64,000 bases of DNA from Convolutriloba macropyga (lineage: Eukaryota), in assembly GCF_964194025.1 (NCBI RefSeq), contig NC_134476.1:25792001-25856000 (forward strand), given 5' to 3'. The position numbers were made by a program, and so were the translations under genes. Under the pieces are notes generated by a model. The model did no database searches and was not told the origin of the DNA. It saw only the letters and a list, made by a program, of their open reading frames with translations. Shown here piece by piece: positions 1 through 15,000 of the stretch; position 1 is the first letter of the stretch; every line of letters begins with the position of its first letter.

Positions 1-92
1 AAGGGGTATGTGCCCAGCAACTACCTCTGTGTCAACACTCTCACCCTTGGACCATGGTACTTCAAGGACTGCAAGCGAAATGACGCTGAGAG
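1..92 (+). CDS. kinase exon: SH3 C-terminus and start of SH2 (partial at window edge)
   Basis: Frame 1 reads [30 protein letters not shown](R); donor AG|GTAGGG at 92/93. Confidence 0.9.
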
Positions 93-3000
93 GTAGGGTT
101 AGACAGTTGACATATATTGACTGACTTTTATGGTCAAATTAGCAGAGTGCCCACGTTCCTTTTAATCACTTGATTTCATTATATAATAGTTAATAATAAT
201 AAACTGTTTTCTCTAGTCAGCAAAATCACACATTGATGGTAATCGGTTACAAAATACATCCTGTATTACACACTAAAAAAGTTAAGGTAAGTTCACTTTA
301 AGGGAGCTAACGTAAACCGTTGTTAACGTAAAGTTAAGGTAAAATTTTAGTTATAGTAGAATTTAAGGCTTTTTTCAAGGTTGTGAGGGGCCTTAACTTT
401 TCCGGTAACGTTCAAGTTAAGTTAGTCCTAGTTAAGGTGAGTTAAGGAAAGGCAAATCTACCTTAACAATTGATGTGAGTTAGGATGTTTTTAAGGTAAA
501 ATTACCTGAACTTTATTTGTGTATGATTTGTATTAACCTGCCTGTATTAAGACAAATTAATATTAATAAAATCAGCTGAGATTAGCAGCTAAAAATATAA
601 AATAATCGAATCAGCTGAGATTAACTGGAACGTGAGCAGTTTCTGGTACTTTATCCATAAAAGCCAGTCGGTTGCACACTGTTGCAACCGCAGTTTTTCT
701 TCAAGAAAGATGAGATTGCCGACATGTTAGAAAACTGTTCAATTCCATTGTTAGAACTCATATATGTCTTTCGGAACTCACAACGTCAAACTGGCGCTAC
801 CCAATGCATCGTATTAACATGTTTACATACATACATCAATTCCAAATTCCAGATTCCAAATTTTCCAGGTTACTAATGAAAGCGGGCGCGGGTTCCTACC
901 TGATCCGGAACAGAGACAGATTGACGAAGAGTTCTCTCAACAGGTTGAGGACAGAGTACACTCTGAGCGTGAAGGTGGAGGATGGCACAGCCAGCAGAGT
1001 TCAACACTGGAAGATTGACGTCATACACAGTCTACACCAGGCACCCAACTCACAAGCAGACCCCACTGAAGAGGTATTACTAGGGTATATATACTGAATT
1101 CTCCTGGCTAATCATAGTCGTATAGCTATACTGAAAAGGATAATTTAAAATACCCTTCGAATGCACCTTCGAATGCACCTTCGAATTTACCTTCGAATGC
1201 ACCTTCGAATGTACCTTCGAATGTACCTTCGAATGCACCATCGAATGTACCTTCGAAAATACCCTTCGAATATGGTGGGTGAATTTGTGTCCCGCAATAG
1301 CTCATCGATGGAAGGTAACACTTTGAGCAATATTTTTGGGGTTCATTTTCCTCCAACCGAAAGGTCAAAAAACTTTTGCATTCATAGGCCTGTTTGAACT
1401 AATACGTCAGTTTTCCAGTGTTAGTAGATTATACAGCATAATTAGAAGAGAGAGCAGACATAGAAATAATACACAGCAGTACAAATGTTTCGAAATATCG
1501 GATATAGATATTCAAATGCTTGTCATGTTATTCTCTCGTTAGAGGGGAACCTTATTATCCACTCAAAAATTTAAAAATAAGCATAACCAGAAAATTAATC
1601 CAACAGCTCAAAATTTTGTATCTCATTTTATATTAAAATCAAGATGTAAGACTTCAAGTTTTGACTCTTTAATGGTCTGCCAGCAGTGAACAGAAATAAA
1701 TTCAAAAGAAATGATTTTGATCGCAATGGGCGCTGCCTTTTTTGAGCATTTTCAGTAGCTAAATTTAATCCAGTAAATCAATAGAACCTCTGTAGAATTT
1801 TTTAGCCTGAAGTTGATGCAACCTTTTCATAAAATATCCTAAAATGAGCTGAAATTTAACAATTAAGGGCCCAATGAAATTTCTATCTTATGCTTCCTTA
1901 GGAAAATTAGAAAAACTCAAGAACCTATAGCAAAAGTGTTAACCTTTTGTCCCCACTAAAACTCGAATGGAAGAGTTCCGCGGGTTTTGATGCAATTTTC
2001 TTGGCAGGCATAAAAAATTGAAGTTAGCTTGTGTAAGTTAACTTTTGACAGTATTCATTTATGCTCCTTTTTGTACGTTTTACAGGGAAGTAAGTCTTTA
2101 AGGGAAATAAAATCACCTAGAGGGCTATATTAAAAAACACTTTTTAAAAAATATATTATGGAAAACATTGCAAATTAGAAACTCAGGTCCGAAACCACTC
2201 TAGCTGAATTTTAATCTCTACATTGGGGACCACAGAGGGATTGGGGATTACAAACATTTTAAGCTATAGAAATTTTGAGCTCATCGATAGTACAACCGAT
2301 TAACCGCCCCAAAAACGGTTCATAACCGGGCGGAACTCTTCAAAGGTCAAATCCTTGACAGCTTTTGTTACTAGTGTTTTTTGATGTGCTATGTATGGCA
2401 AAGATAGTTCAAAATTTCTTAAACATAATTCTCAGTTACTAGCAAAATGCAATGGTGAGTTATAAGGTGTCCTTTTTTTTCAAAAAATCAAAAATTACCA
2501 AACAAAATAATTGCAACTCAATCCAATGTGGTACGAGGTATATGCAAGGTACGGACTCACCAAATTGGCTGAGAAAGTGCTGCTAATTTTCCTGGTGGCA
2601 TCGATAACTCAACAATTACGAATCAAGAACTACGTCTTTCTAGAGGGCTTTACGAGGAAAGTTTGAAAAGACAACTCAAAGATTTAGAATTGTTAACACA
2701 TATTGAAGGCAAGTGCTTATGTACAGCGAACCTCTTTGAGCTTTCTCCGGGTTTGCAATTTTAGCTTTTGGAGTTCTTTATGTTTCGGCGTCAAAAATTT
2801 GGCTGTGTCACATCTGTTACGGGGACGAAAAATAATGATCGGATGCCAACATGCTGTTTACAGTTTCCAGGAGGTATGCAAACAATGTGGTGAGGAAAGC
2901 CACTTCATGCAGCGATTTGCCAGAAAAAAAACAATTCGCGCATATTATTATGGTGTTCATTGGGTGCTTCAACATTCAAAAAATTTGCCTGATTTTTTCT

Positions 3001-6000
3001 TGAATACTCAGAAAAAAAATCACTAAACTTTTATTAAGTTATTTCAATAGATTTAAATATTTTTTCATTTTAGTAAAGAAGTGAAAATAACTATTCGAGA
3101 TAAAATTCATGTCCACGGGGATGGTGTAAAAATGGTTGCTTACTTAAGCTATCTGAGAGAAATACGAAAAAAAAAGAAAATTACTTTGGGGGTACTAACC
3201 GTGAGTAATTTCTCAGAAGTCGTTATTCTAATTTGAACTTAAGAATAATGATTAGGAAATATGTGACATCATAGTCGATTTTTCAACAAATATTCATCTT
3301 GATAAATAAATGAATTTCTGGATCTGTCTTAACTGATTAGATTCAGAAATTTTTATTGAAATTAGATTTCTCAATTCAAGATGGAAGCTCGATTATTACG
3401 TTTGGGATGAACTTAATTTAATCATGTGTTTTTTGGGACAAATCGCAGGAGAAAACTACAAAATTATTTCGCAAACTCATTCATCTACATCGCTTACTTT
3501 TGTGGCGTATAGGTACTGCTTGACAATGCATTCTGAGAGCTTCTCTTCAATTCTTTTTTTTATGTGGAATGTGTTTTTTCTGTTGGAAAGTCAGAGAGTT
3601 CCGAGCTGGATTTCAGACTTTTTTGATGCAATTTATTTGGTAGGTATAATTACTTGACGTTAGTTGTTGTAAAGTAGTTTTCGCCAGTTTAGGTTTATGC
3701 CTGTTGATTTGTAAGTTTTTCAGGGCAGTAGATCATCAGGGCAATTGAAAAAACCTAAAGGGTTAACTTTGAGAAACACATAGAATTTTTAATTGCAATT
3801 TAGAAGCTAAGGCCCAGATACAACTTCGGTGAATTTTAAATTCTACAAACAAATTGGGATTGCGCCAGTTTGATGCACCAAATAATTACACAAACTCCAA
3901 AGACGAAGTAAAAAAAGACTGTAATGGGTTCAGGCAATAAAAATTTAAGCGCAAGCTTCTATGCTGTACGAATTTTAGTCAAATAAGTCAACTATTCTTT
4001 GCAGACAATTAGTTCTTCAGATTTTGTCCTGCTGTCAAAATTAATATAGACATAAAAAAGTCCAAAAATTTCATCTGGCGTGTAAAATATTGTTTGATTT
4101 ATGCTTTTGAATATTGTGTTTAAATATTGTAATAATTAATTACAGGTATTAAATTTAATCAAACTGTTTTTGAAAGGTACATTAAGGGGCAAAAGTATGA
4201 AATATTACAATTCTTTCGCAAATTTTCTGTACAAAAGTTTCCTTTTTGAGTGTTTTTGCTGTGATAAAGTGGATACCTTTTCTAAAGAAAACTTTTGATG
4301 GCCATTAAGGCATGAAGTTTGATCAATCTATAATCATTAAAATGTGCATATTTGTTGACAGTCGAACCTGCGTTACTACATAGACAAGAGGAAGCGGTTC
4401 AAGTCACTGGCCAAACTGGTGAAGTACTACAGCAGACACAAGGAGTTGGAGGTTCTGCTGAAGGAGCCATGTGTCCAGGACCAGCCATCTGCAGAAGGAA
4501 TGTGTCTCCCAGGACTCAAGGTACTTTCTCGAGGTCACTCAGTTGTCGACATTGAAACTATGCTGTCCCAAATCCTTATGATGTCAAAATAATCTGTAGA
4601 TACTTAAATTAAAGATAATATGTCTGGATTGATCCATAATGAGCCCGTGAAATCATATATACAAAGGCAATGAATGTGAGGAATAACTCGGCTATTGCAG
4701 TGTCTATTTGGGATATCCACGAATAAACACCTGCTTTCTTTTTTAATAGCCGCGAAGCGATAGCGGCTATTATTGGGGACATCGTGGTTTTTTACAATTC
4801 AAAGAATTTGAATTGTATTGGGGCGCTGTCTTTTTTTTAAGATCTGTTCACACGTTTTCATGATTTTTGAAGTCAAATTGGAGGGGTGATTTTGGTCACG
4901 CCGAAACAGGAAATGGAGCGAAAAAGCGAGTGGTTTTGCGGCGTGAATTTTTCTCGCTCTAATTTTAAAGTAGAGTGAGAAAACGGTGTTTGAACAAAAA
5001 TTCGGTTTCTCGGTGGTGGTTTTTTGTTCACATGCGGCAATTTCACTCTAATTTTTACTGTTTTTTCGATTTTTTTGATCGGATTTTTTTCTAGATGGTA
5101 TTCCCAATCCATTCACAGCTCATTCTAGGCATTGTTTTTTGTTTGAATTAACTTTCATTTCTCGCTAGTGGTTTTTTTGTTCACATGTGGTATTTTGACA
5201 TTGTTTTTCTGTTTTTTTTTCTAATTTTTTTATCTGACTTTTTTGAAAATGGTTTTCTCAATTCACTCATAGTCCATTCTAGGTCTAGTTTTTCTGTTTA
5301 GTCAAAGAAAATTCTTCGAATTGTACGTCAGGACTTGTCCTGCTATGTTTTTTTAATTCGTCGTCTGCATCGATGATTCTTACGAACTGACTTCTTGGAA
5401 TTGACTTCTTGGAATTGACTTCAGTGACTTTTATTCCTTTGCAATTAAAATTTGTGTGCGTGACGTCATTTCTGATTTTAGGTCAATTGAGTGACTTATC
5501 TCACTCGAAAAAAATGACTTCTGAACTCACTTATGAAAATTTAAATTTTATGAACATTTTAATTAAAAATCAATAGTGTGCATCTAAGTAGTTGCAAACT
5601 TATATGCCCTAATTCTTGAATATTAGTCTCGAGTTTTTGATTTCAAATATCAATTTTGAAAAAGCTCTCCTTATAGATCGTATGTGTCATAAAATTGACA
5701 GTCCGAATCTAACCCAAAAAGTCTAGTGGTCTATTAAAGGACTCCTGGTCGATCTGTCTATCTTATTTCTTTAGTTGTTGCAATTCATGGAAGGCCACAA
5801 ACGTCTATCGCGGCTATTTTCTGGCAATTTGCCAGCTATGTTTTCCAACGGGAAACCTAAATTGTTAATTTTTAAAAAGAAGGGGGGAGGAGAGAAAAGT
5901 ATAACAAAAGGTAAAGACGGACCTTTTAGCAATCTAAAGACATGTTTTTACGCAAAATTACATCAAACCAAAACCAAGGCCAGTTGCAGTAATTAATTTA

Positions 6001-9000
6001 GTTGTTTCTTTTTTACACTCTCCAAATTCAGACAGGCAGATGATTTTAAATAAGCGAACTATTTTTCTACAGAACAAACGTTCCCTTCAGAAAAACTTTG
6101 ATCTGCTGAACATACATTTGGGAATTTTAAAATCTAAACCTATAGCCGTTTGCCTGACAGAAATTTGGCTGAAGAACCACTACGAAACGTCACAATTCTC
6201 TTTGAAAGAATACCAAAATATATGCATTTGTGAGAGAAGGAAGAGAGGGGGTGGCGTAGGAATTTTTGTAGTGAACATTTTGGATTTTTTTGAAGTGAAA
6301 AGATGCGATCACAGCAATCTGCAGCTCTTACAATAAAAATCAAAGCAGATAAGCACCATTATCTGATTATTACTTGTATATTTATTCCACCTAGAAAAAA
6401 AAACATTTTGATTTTTGAAAGGCTAGAAAAATATCAAGAAACCTTACCAATTGATCCTGAAGACAAGCATGTACTATGCGCAGACTTCAATATTTAATTT
6501 TGGTTAATAGTGCAAACTTCCAGAAAACATTCATTTTGCTAGCAGGAAATAACCTCTCTGTAGTTGAAAACATTGAAGCAGCTCGGGAAACCTCGAGCAC
6601 GAAATCAACACTGGATGCGTTTTTTTCAAAAATTTTGTCTTCTGTCTACTATACTGATTCCGGCATTTCAGACCATCACACAGCAACACTAACACTTGAA
6701 CAATCACTGGAAAACTCATCCAACAGGCTCAAAAAGTTTACAAAAAATGGACCAAATTAGAGAACCGTAAAATTGGTCGAAGACCTCAGCAATATCTTGG
6801 TGAACAAAAAACAATATCATGATGAAAGTAATTACCTGTAATGGTAGTGAATGGTGCCCCGATAAAACTTTCAAAAAACTGCATGAAAATTTTGAATTAT
6901 AACATAGATGAAAGTCTACCAATATTTGATTCAACTAAAACTGGAGTACAAAAAAGGAAAGATAATTAGGTGAAAAGTGCTGCGGCAAAAATGTTCCCGA
7001 CAATATTGTGTCTTAAAAACCCAGATCAATATGTTCTGCAAAATTATTACAAGATTCAATTCAAATTTGCCAGAAATGTAATCAAACAAAAACTAAGACA
7101 TTTTCCCCAAAATAAGATTGAAAAATAAGCAGCCAATAGCAAAAAAAGTTTAGTCAGTCTCTTCAATGAAACATCGGGCAAAACGCTACCCGTTCACCAT
7201 AATAAACAATTAGTTGAAAACATAGAAACCTTTAATATTTTTTCGCAAACATTGGAGTAGAGCTAGAAAAAACGTTTGATACAAAGCAGAGATATGAAAT
7301 CGAAACTAACACAAATATCATGTTCTGTTTCTCAATAACCAGTTCCGAAATCATTGAAACACTGCGAGTGCTTCCATCAAAGTTTAGTTTAGACTGCCAC
7401 AACATAAACTACTTTTTTCTCCAAAAAGTTTCCCGGGCATTTATTCCACTACATGAAACATTATATAATGAGAGTCTGAAGCAAGGATTATTTCCAAAGT
7501 GCCTGAAAATAGCCAAAATTGTGCCTTTTTAGAAAAGCGGTGATCGCAGCGAGCCCACATACTACAGACCAATCTCACTTCTTCCAGCAATTGGCAAACT
7601 GTTTGAAGAATTACAATATAAAAGAATTTATTCATTTACGAGCAAAAACAACACATTTTTAAAAAAAAATTAATCTGGTTTTTGAAGCAAATTAAATACC
7701 ATTGACGCCATAGCTTCATTAACTGAAGAAATCAGAGCAAACAGGTATATATCAAAAAACTTAAATAAATGCACTTTTATTGATCTAAAAAAAATGCTTT
7801 TGATACAGTGAAATATGAGCTACTGCTGAAAAAGTGTTAACACTACCGACTCTGAGGAACGGTACTGAAAATTCTTGAATCCTATTTGAAAGACCGACTC
7901 TAATATATTGAAATAGGAAATGTTGAATTTGAGAAGGAAAGCGTTAAATGTGGAGTCCCACAAGGATCAATTCTCGGCCCATTGCTTTTCATTATCTACC
8001 TAAAGACGTTCCAACTCTGAAATCAAAAGAAATTTGAACGTAACTTTATAGTGACAATACAGTTGTTTCTAATAAAGGTAGTATTGAGACTGTTGGAAAA
8101 AAAACACCATGTCGCACTAGCTGCAGTTGTGAGCTGGTTTTTTTAAAAAAATTGACAATTAACACAAGAAAAACAAATCACATGGTATATGGAAAAGCAC
8201 ACAATTTATACCAGCATAGAACGACAATTGATCGAGCAGAAATTGAAAAAAATCAGCACCTTTTTAGGTATCTAGGATTAATATTAGACGACCAGTTGAA
8301 ATTCAAATTACTTACGTCGAAGAGAAGCTTTTAAGTTTTGTTCCCTTTTTTACAGCTTACGCCTTATTTTTGCAAGAACACAGCTTTCAAGACTTTTTAA
8401 TCTATATGTCAAACCAATAGTACAATACGGAATTCTGATCTACGGAACTACTAATGAAAATTTTGAAAATCAATTAACATGTTAATTCAAGAATTTTCAA
8501 AAAAATTTTCTGGAAACGTAAAAACGAGTCAATCGAGCAAATACGAGTTCAAAGTTTTATAAGCAACGCTTCAGAATTACATGTTTTTGGAATATTCAAA
8601 TTGATAGTAAAATTAATAATAAAACCAAACGCTAAATGAAGTTTTTTCAACCATAGTAACGGACTCGGACCTTAATGAGATCATAAAAAAGAGAAATCGT
8701 GGATTGTATGTAGAAAATTGCAGACAAAGATTCGATAGCATTTCTTTGGGATGCTAAAAATGGCATTGAATTATAACAACTATTTTATTGAAGATGTTAG
8801 AACAATGAAAGAAGCAAACTTTAAAAGATTTTGCCATACATTTTTGCATCTTTAAAAAAGTTGTTAACCAGGACTTGCTTGACAGACTCTTTCATGCTCA
8901 TTAGAGCAAAATTTTTGATTGCTACATACACAGTTTCTTCACTAGTTACCCTCTGCTAGATAGAATAACTTTTCATTTTTAAACATTTTTTTCTTCTTCC

Positions 9001-12000
9001 TTAATTCAACTAAAATTGCACAACTTTTCCATGAGGCGCTTGAAAACAAACCAGATAGGTTTAATGGCGACCTTGTAGTGTCGCAAATTGTAATCGATTG
9101 TATTGGTACAGGGTATGTATGTATTTTTTGCTACTATTTTGCGGTAACGGCACTACGAACAATTTATTATATACAAAGATTTTAAAGAATTAGCCAGATT
9201 GAGTTTGTCTTTAGATATTCAGAATCAGAAGAATTGAGCCTCATTTTCTAAAAAAATTTCAAAAATTTGCTGACTGCAAAGGTTTCATATATGCTATGAT
9301 TTTGATAGTCATAATTTAGCTGTCCATTAGAAAAAAGAAGCATTGCTTTTTTTTCAAAAGAATGTGAAAGTAATTACTTCTTTGAAATTTTTTGTCAAAT
9401 TAATTTCATTTAATTTTCAGTAGCATCGCTGGGCTTTTTTTGAGACTATCGAATGAATGGATTTTCGGGGAAAATAAGAATTTCATATTACTAAAAATAT
9501 AAATTTACAATTTAAGCTCATTTTGCTTTCTATGTGAAGATGATGAAACTAACTCATCTTCATTTGGAGAAGTAAAGCTGGAAAAACATTGCATCTATGA
9601 TAATATTCTCTGCCCCATCAACTTATTTTTGAGATAACGCAAGGACCTCTTGATGACCTAGCAAGTGGGCTGTGTCATTACGTGGCCAAGGTTCGAAATC
9701 GCAAATTTCATTTACAAATTTGTTTTGCGCATGTAATTAACCTTAAAATTTTATTGCCCGAACTTCAGTAGTAATTACTTTAAACGACAAATTTCAACGA
9801 CAAAATAGTTCTTGTGAACAAGGCTTTGAACAATTTTGAAACCACTAATTATATCCTTAATCCACAATTAGAAAATGCTTACTCGATATTCGGACATTGG
9901 CTACCTAATGGTTTCTTTTGCAACTTGCTTAATTACAGTACTGCCAAAAACCAAAGTCACATCGGCAATTCTTAGGGAGATTCTGGTTTTTTTCACAATC
10001 CAGAAATGGGTTGCATTGCGGCTACTTTAAGCTTTCAAAACGGAATAAAAAGGTAAAACTCAGCAGGCATCAAGTTACAATAGAAACCCTTAGCCGCGTT
10101 TAGTAGTCCTTCAAGAGCTGAGATTGGCGAAGCTAATGGAAAAGACGTAATTGAAGGCTACATGTCCAATCTTACGAAATTTTGACACAAAATGTTGCAA
10201 CTTTAGCGGTTTTTCTGCAATTTTTTCGAATTTTTTGTTGAACCAGTTCAAAATTCAGGTTTGCCAATGTTGATAAAAGTCTTTTTGAAAGACTTAATTA
10301 GTTTAAACAACCATTTTAAGAGCTATATGTTTTGGTATTCCAAGCATAAACACTCTAATTTTTTTCACCTTTTACAATTTTTTTCAAAGTTTTTTGAGAA
10401 TGTTTGCCATATTTTGTGATGTTTCAGCCCCGGGTATCAAAAAAGCTCATTGAAAATTTGATATTGGATAATGGATGATGGAAAATAGGTTAATGGATAA
10501 CATAGTTTGTTGTGGCAATGGAAAGATTTTTAAGACTTTAATATTACAAATTTTTCAAATTCTGCTAAAAATTAGATATATTTTTTTTCAATTTCTGATA
10601 ATTTAGTATTTTCCCCAGTGGCCAGGGGACCTCTATAGGATACTATAGTTTGTTACAACATAGTTATATTTAGTGCCAATTAAATGGTTTCTACTTTTTT
10701 AATATCACAATTTTTTTTTAAATTATTTAAAATTCCGTTGAAATTGTTTGAATTTTTTTGAGTTTTCCGGCAAGAAGGGCCCAGGAGCGTCTTCCAGATT
10801 CTGATCATAAAGTACTGCGTAGTTGCTAGAGGTATTGCAATGGTTATGATTGTTTCTTAATAACACGATTTTTTGCAATTTTTAATTTTTTTTGATGAGT
10901 TTTTTTTTCAAAATTTCTCTAAATTAAAATCATGTTCCAAGTTCATTGATTTTAATGAGCCAGTGAAACTTTTACGGCTTAAATTTGGGATAATAATCAG
11001 TCTCCGGAGACAATGAAAATGTTCTGAAGATAATAATATTACGAATTTAGGGAAGACTTTGTTAAAATTTGGATTTTTTCAGGAGTCCTGTGTCAGAAAA
11101 ATGTTTCGGAACTATTTTTTTAGCTAGAATTAGAAATCTTCTTTAAATCAAGTTCATAAACCTTTGGTGGCAAATACATCTTTCGAGGCTGCTGCCTGTG
11201 TTGATGAGAAGTTTGATTTTGTCATATTTGTCCTGCAGGGTAACATGTTTACGAATTTTGAGCCCTAAAAAAGGTAAATTTGTGGGTTTTTTGTAATTTT
11301 TGATTTTTTTGTCGGACCAGTTTAAAATTGGGGTTTGTAGAATTTTTTTGAGGTCGTATGACCCTTTTAATAGCTATATGTTTACGAACAAGCAAATTTA
11401 TAATAAATTTAAATTTTTTAGTAAAATTTTTCGAAAGTATTTGTTAATCATTTGAATCTTTTTTTCAACCCAGGAAAAAAGAACCTCCTCTAAGATTTGA
11501 TAGTTGATTAATGTAGAGTTTCTAGTTGCAATGGAATTTTTTTCAAAAAATTAAAATTACACATTTTATAAATTAAAGTAACAATTTTTTTTCTTTTCTG
11601 AAAGTTAAATTTTTTTCCGCTGGCCAGGGAACCTCCTATAAGATTTGCTACTATGCTACTGTGTAATTTCTATAAGCATTGAAATTTTTTCCACTTTTTT
11701 ATAATCACCAATTTCGGTGTTTTAGGAGTTTTAGAATCGAGTATGCTTTTGTTTAGCTCGTTTGTTGTTTTTCTGTTTCTCAACTTTTGATATTTTGTCA
11801 TTTTTGCTGGGAATGTTCAATTGATCTGCTCATCAGGTATATTATTTCTCATTTTTTTCAATCAATTGTTTGGATTGTAATTCAAAAATTTCAATAAAAT
11901 TTGCGTTTTATTTGAACAATACTTTTTTTGAGCTTGAAATAAGCCTTAAATTTATTCCCCGAAATTTATGAGTAATTACAGGAGACCAAACTAAAAGACT

Positions 12001-15000
12001 TAATTTTTCTTGGGATTAAAGCCATGAGCAATTTGGAAACCATTAATTGTCAACCTATTCCAAAATTAGAATCCAAATTTCTGAAATTGATAAATATTTA
12101 AGTTTTCTTTAATTTCGCTAATTTGATACTGTATCAGAGGGAGAGTAGTACCTTTGAGCATATTTGAATCAAATTAGCCTAGTGTCAGTCAATTGAACAC
12201 TCGCTTAACACTCTAACCTTAAAACATAGGTCGTGAAATAGCGCAAAAAAATTGAGCATGCGTACTCAATTTTTTTGCCAATGGCTACCCAATGGTTTCT
12301 GTTGCAGCTTGATTAATTATATTAATGCCCATAACCTACTTGAAAAAAAATGTTATGACTAGCCCCGAAGTGATAGCAGCTATTATTGGGAAAATCGTGT
12401 TTTTTTTGTACAATCCAAGCAATAGTGTATTGTTGTATCTTTTTTTAAGCTGGATCTACACCTTTTTCGAGACTTTGAGCTTCGAAGACAAGATAAACAG
12501 TTGAAACTCAGCGGGCACCAAGTTTCATTAGATGTCCTTAGCCTTGTTTAGGGTTCCCTAAAGTGCTTTGAGTCGTGAAGCTACTGAAAAGGCCGTAAGT
12601 CAAGGTTAAAAGGTCATGTTTATGACTTTTTGAGCCCTAAAGAATGTAAATTTGTGGTTTTTTGTAAATTTTTGAATTTTTTATTGGTTCAGTTTAAAAT
12701 TGAGGTTTGTAGAATTTTTTTGAGGTCGTATGACCATTTTAATAGCTGTATGTTTTCGCAAAAGCAAATTTATAATAAATTTAAAAATTTTTCCATATTT
12801 TTCGAAAGTATTTGTCAATCATTTGAGTTTTATTCAACCTAAGGTAACAGGAACCTCCTCTAAGATTTGATGATTTATTAATGTATAGTTTGTAGTTGCA
12901 TTGGAATGTTTTTCAAAATTTTAATATTATACATTTTATAAAATAAAATAACAATTATTTGTTTTCATTTCTGAAAGTTAAATTTTTTTCTGCTGGCCAG
13001 GGAACCTCCTATAAGATTTGTTACCATGCTACTCTGTAATTTCTATAAGCATTGAAATCTTTTCCACTTTTTTATTATCACCAATTTTAGCAGTTTTTTT
13101 TATAAAAGTTCTGTTCTTTTCGATTTAAAATGTTCGTAATTTTTGAGTTTTTGGACAGCAAGTTTTGTTAACATGATACTGCATAGTTGCTAAAAGTTAT
13201 GGAATGGTAATCAGTATTTTGATAACAGAAGTTTCAGCAATTTTTTCGATAAAATTTTCTGAAAATTTTTGTCTCGTTAAAAGTTTCTTGATCTGTGAGC
13301 CAGTGAAACTACTTAAGGCTGGAAATAGTTATAATGGATAGTCTCTGGAGACAATGAAATGGTTCTGAAGATATTGATGTCACAAAATTTAGCAAATTTT
13401 TTTTTAGATTTCGCAATTGTTTTAAAACTTTTTGCTTTTTTGTTGTTTTCTGAGCTGCGTTTTAGGATTACTACTTGCCAACAAAATTTTTTAAAGTCTC
13501 TCAGATGAGTTAAATGGCAGAACTCCGCAGTCGCAAAAAATCATTTTAAAGATTTTTAGAGAAATTTAAAAATCCTCCTTAAATCTTCCACTTATTAGTT
13601 TTTGAAGCAGTTCTCATATTTCTGGAGTTTATCTAATTTTAGTGGCAAAAACAGTTTTCGAAAAAAAATTTCAAGGCTTATGAGTTCTTATGAGTATTTG
13701 AGTTAACTAAACTTTATCATACTTGGCCTTCAGTGTAAAAACTTTAAGAGTTTTAACAATGATTAATTTTTAATATGTTTGACTATTTTAGTTTCTCAAG
13801 TTGTGAGATATTGTCTCTTTGGCTGGGATTGTTCAATTGATCTGCTGGTCAGGTACATTAATTCTCCGTTTTTCAATCAATTTTTTGTATTGTAATTCAG
13901 GACTTATCCTGCTATGTTTTTTAAATTGACGTCTCTATCGATGATATTTGATACAATTGACTTTTTCAATTTCGACTTCTACTGTTTTGCAGTTAAAATT
14001 TGTGTGCGTGAAGTCATTTGTTCTGCTTTTAGGTCAATTGCGTGACTTACCTCACTCAAAATAAACTTCTGAACCTAAAAACTGAAATTTGATTTTTATT
14101 AACATTCAATGTTTAAAGATCAATAGTTGTGCATCTAAGTTGTACCAAACGTATATGCCCTAATACTTGAGTATTAGAGTCTTGAATTTTTAATTCTGAA
14201 ATTTTATTTAAGAGAAGCTCTATTAGGGTGTTTTCCTTACAGAGCGTATGTGACTCTTAAAATGACAGTCCGAATCTAAACCAAAAAATATAGTGGTCTG
14301 TTAGAGAATCTGATATTTTATTTCTTCACTTGACTCAGCAAAAGTAAATTTCTCCTCATCAGAGGGGATCTAGCCGAGCGTGACGAGGCAGGTCTGGAAA
14401 CCGTTGCCACTCAAAAAGATCTCGGAGTCGTAATGTCTCAAAATCTCTCTTGGAGCGCAAACTGCCAACGTAGGACAACCAAAGCGTGGAAGGCCTTCTA
14501 CACACTCAAACGAAATGTTTCGAGCAGAACCTCAATGGAAACAAAACTGAACGCGTACATAGGATACGTAGTGCAGGTACTCTCTTTCGCCTCCCAAGTC
14601 TGGTACCCTTCGAAGACTGACATGAAATCAATCGAGAAGATCCAGCACAAGGCCAAGAGGTGGATATGGGTTGAAAACGACGAATACCATCAAAGACTCG
14701 AAACACTGAATATACTCCCACTCTCCATGTACATGGAAATGCACGATGTCCTCTATCTCCTCTCAATCCTAGAAGGCAATTACCACGTCCCCGAAGACAA
14801 ACTGCCAAAGCGAATAGAAAACGAAACAAGACTAAAGCACGAATTTGAACTCCCCAAACACCGACTACAGAAATCAGACGAAAACTTCTTCTTCTTCAGA
14901 GCCGCAAAGCTATACAACATCATCAGAATAACAACGGAGAAGCCAATGACAAAGAAACTTCTTACCGAGATGTACCAAAACTACTTCCACAGAAGCTACA

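Noticed and set aside
1150-1270. CRISPR-like or heat-shock-element array
   Set aside because: There are no spacers and the context is eukaryotic. TTCGAA lacks the TTCnnGAA spacing of heat-shock elements.
1126-1397. ORFs with LRMY/EGTF peptide repeats
   Set aside because: These are translations of the intronic 12-bp minisatellite.
2703-3026. [10 protein letters not shown] zinc-knuckle-like motif (gag or LINE ORF1 relic)
   Set aside because: The fourth Cys needs a frameshift and no other supporting motif was recognised; too weak to annotate.
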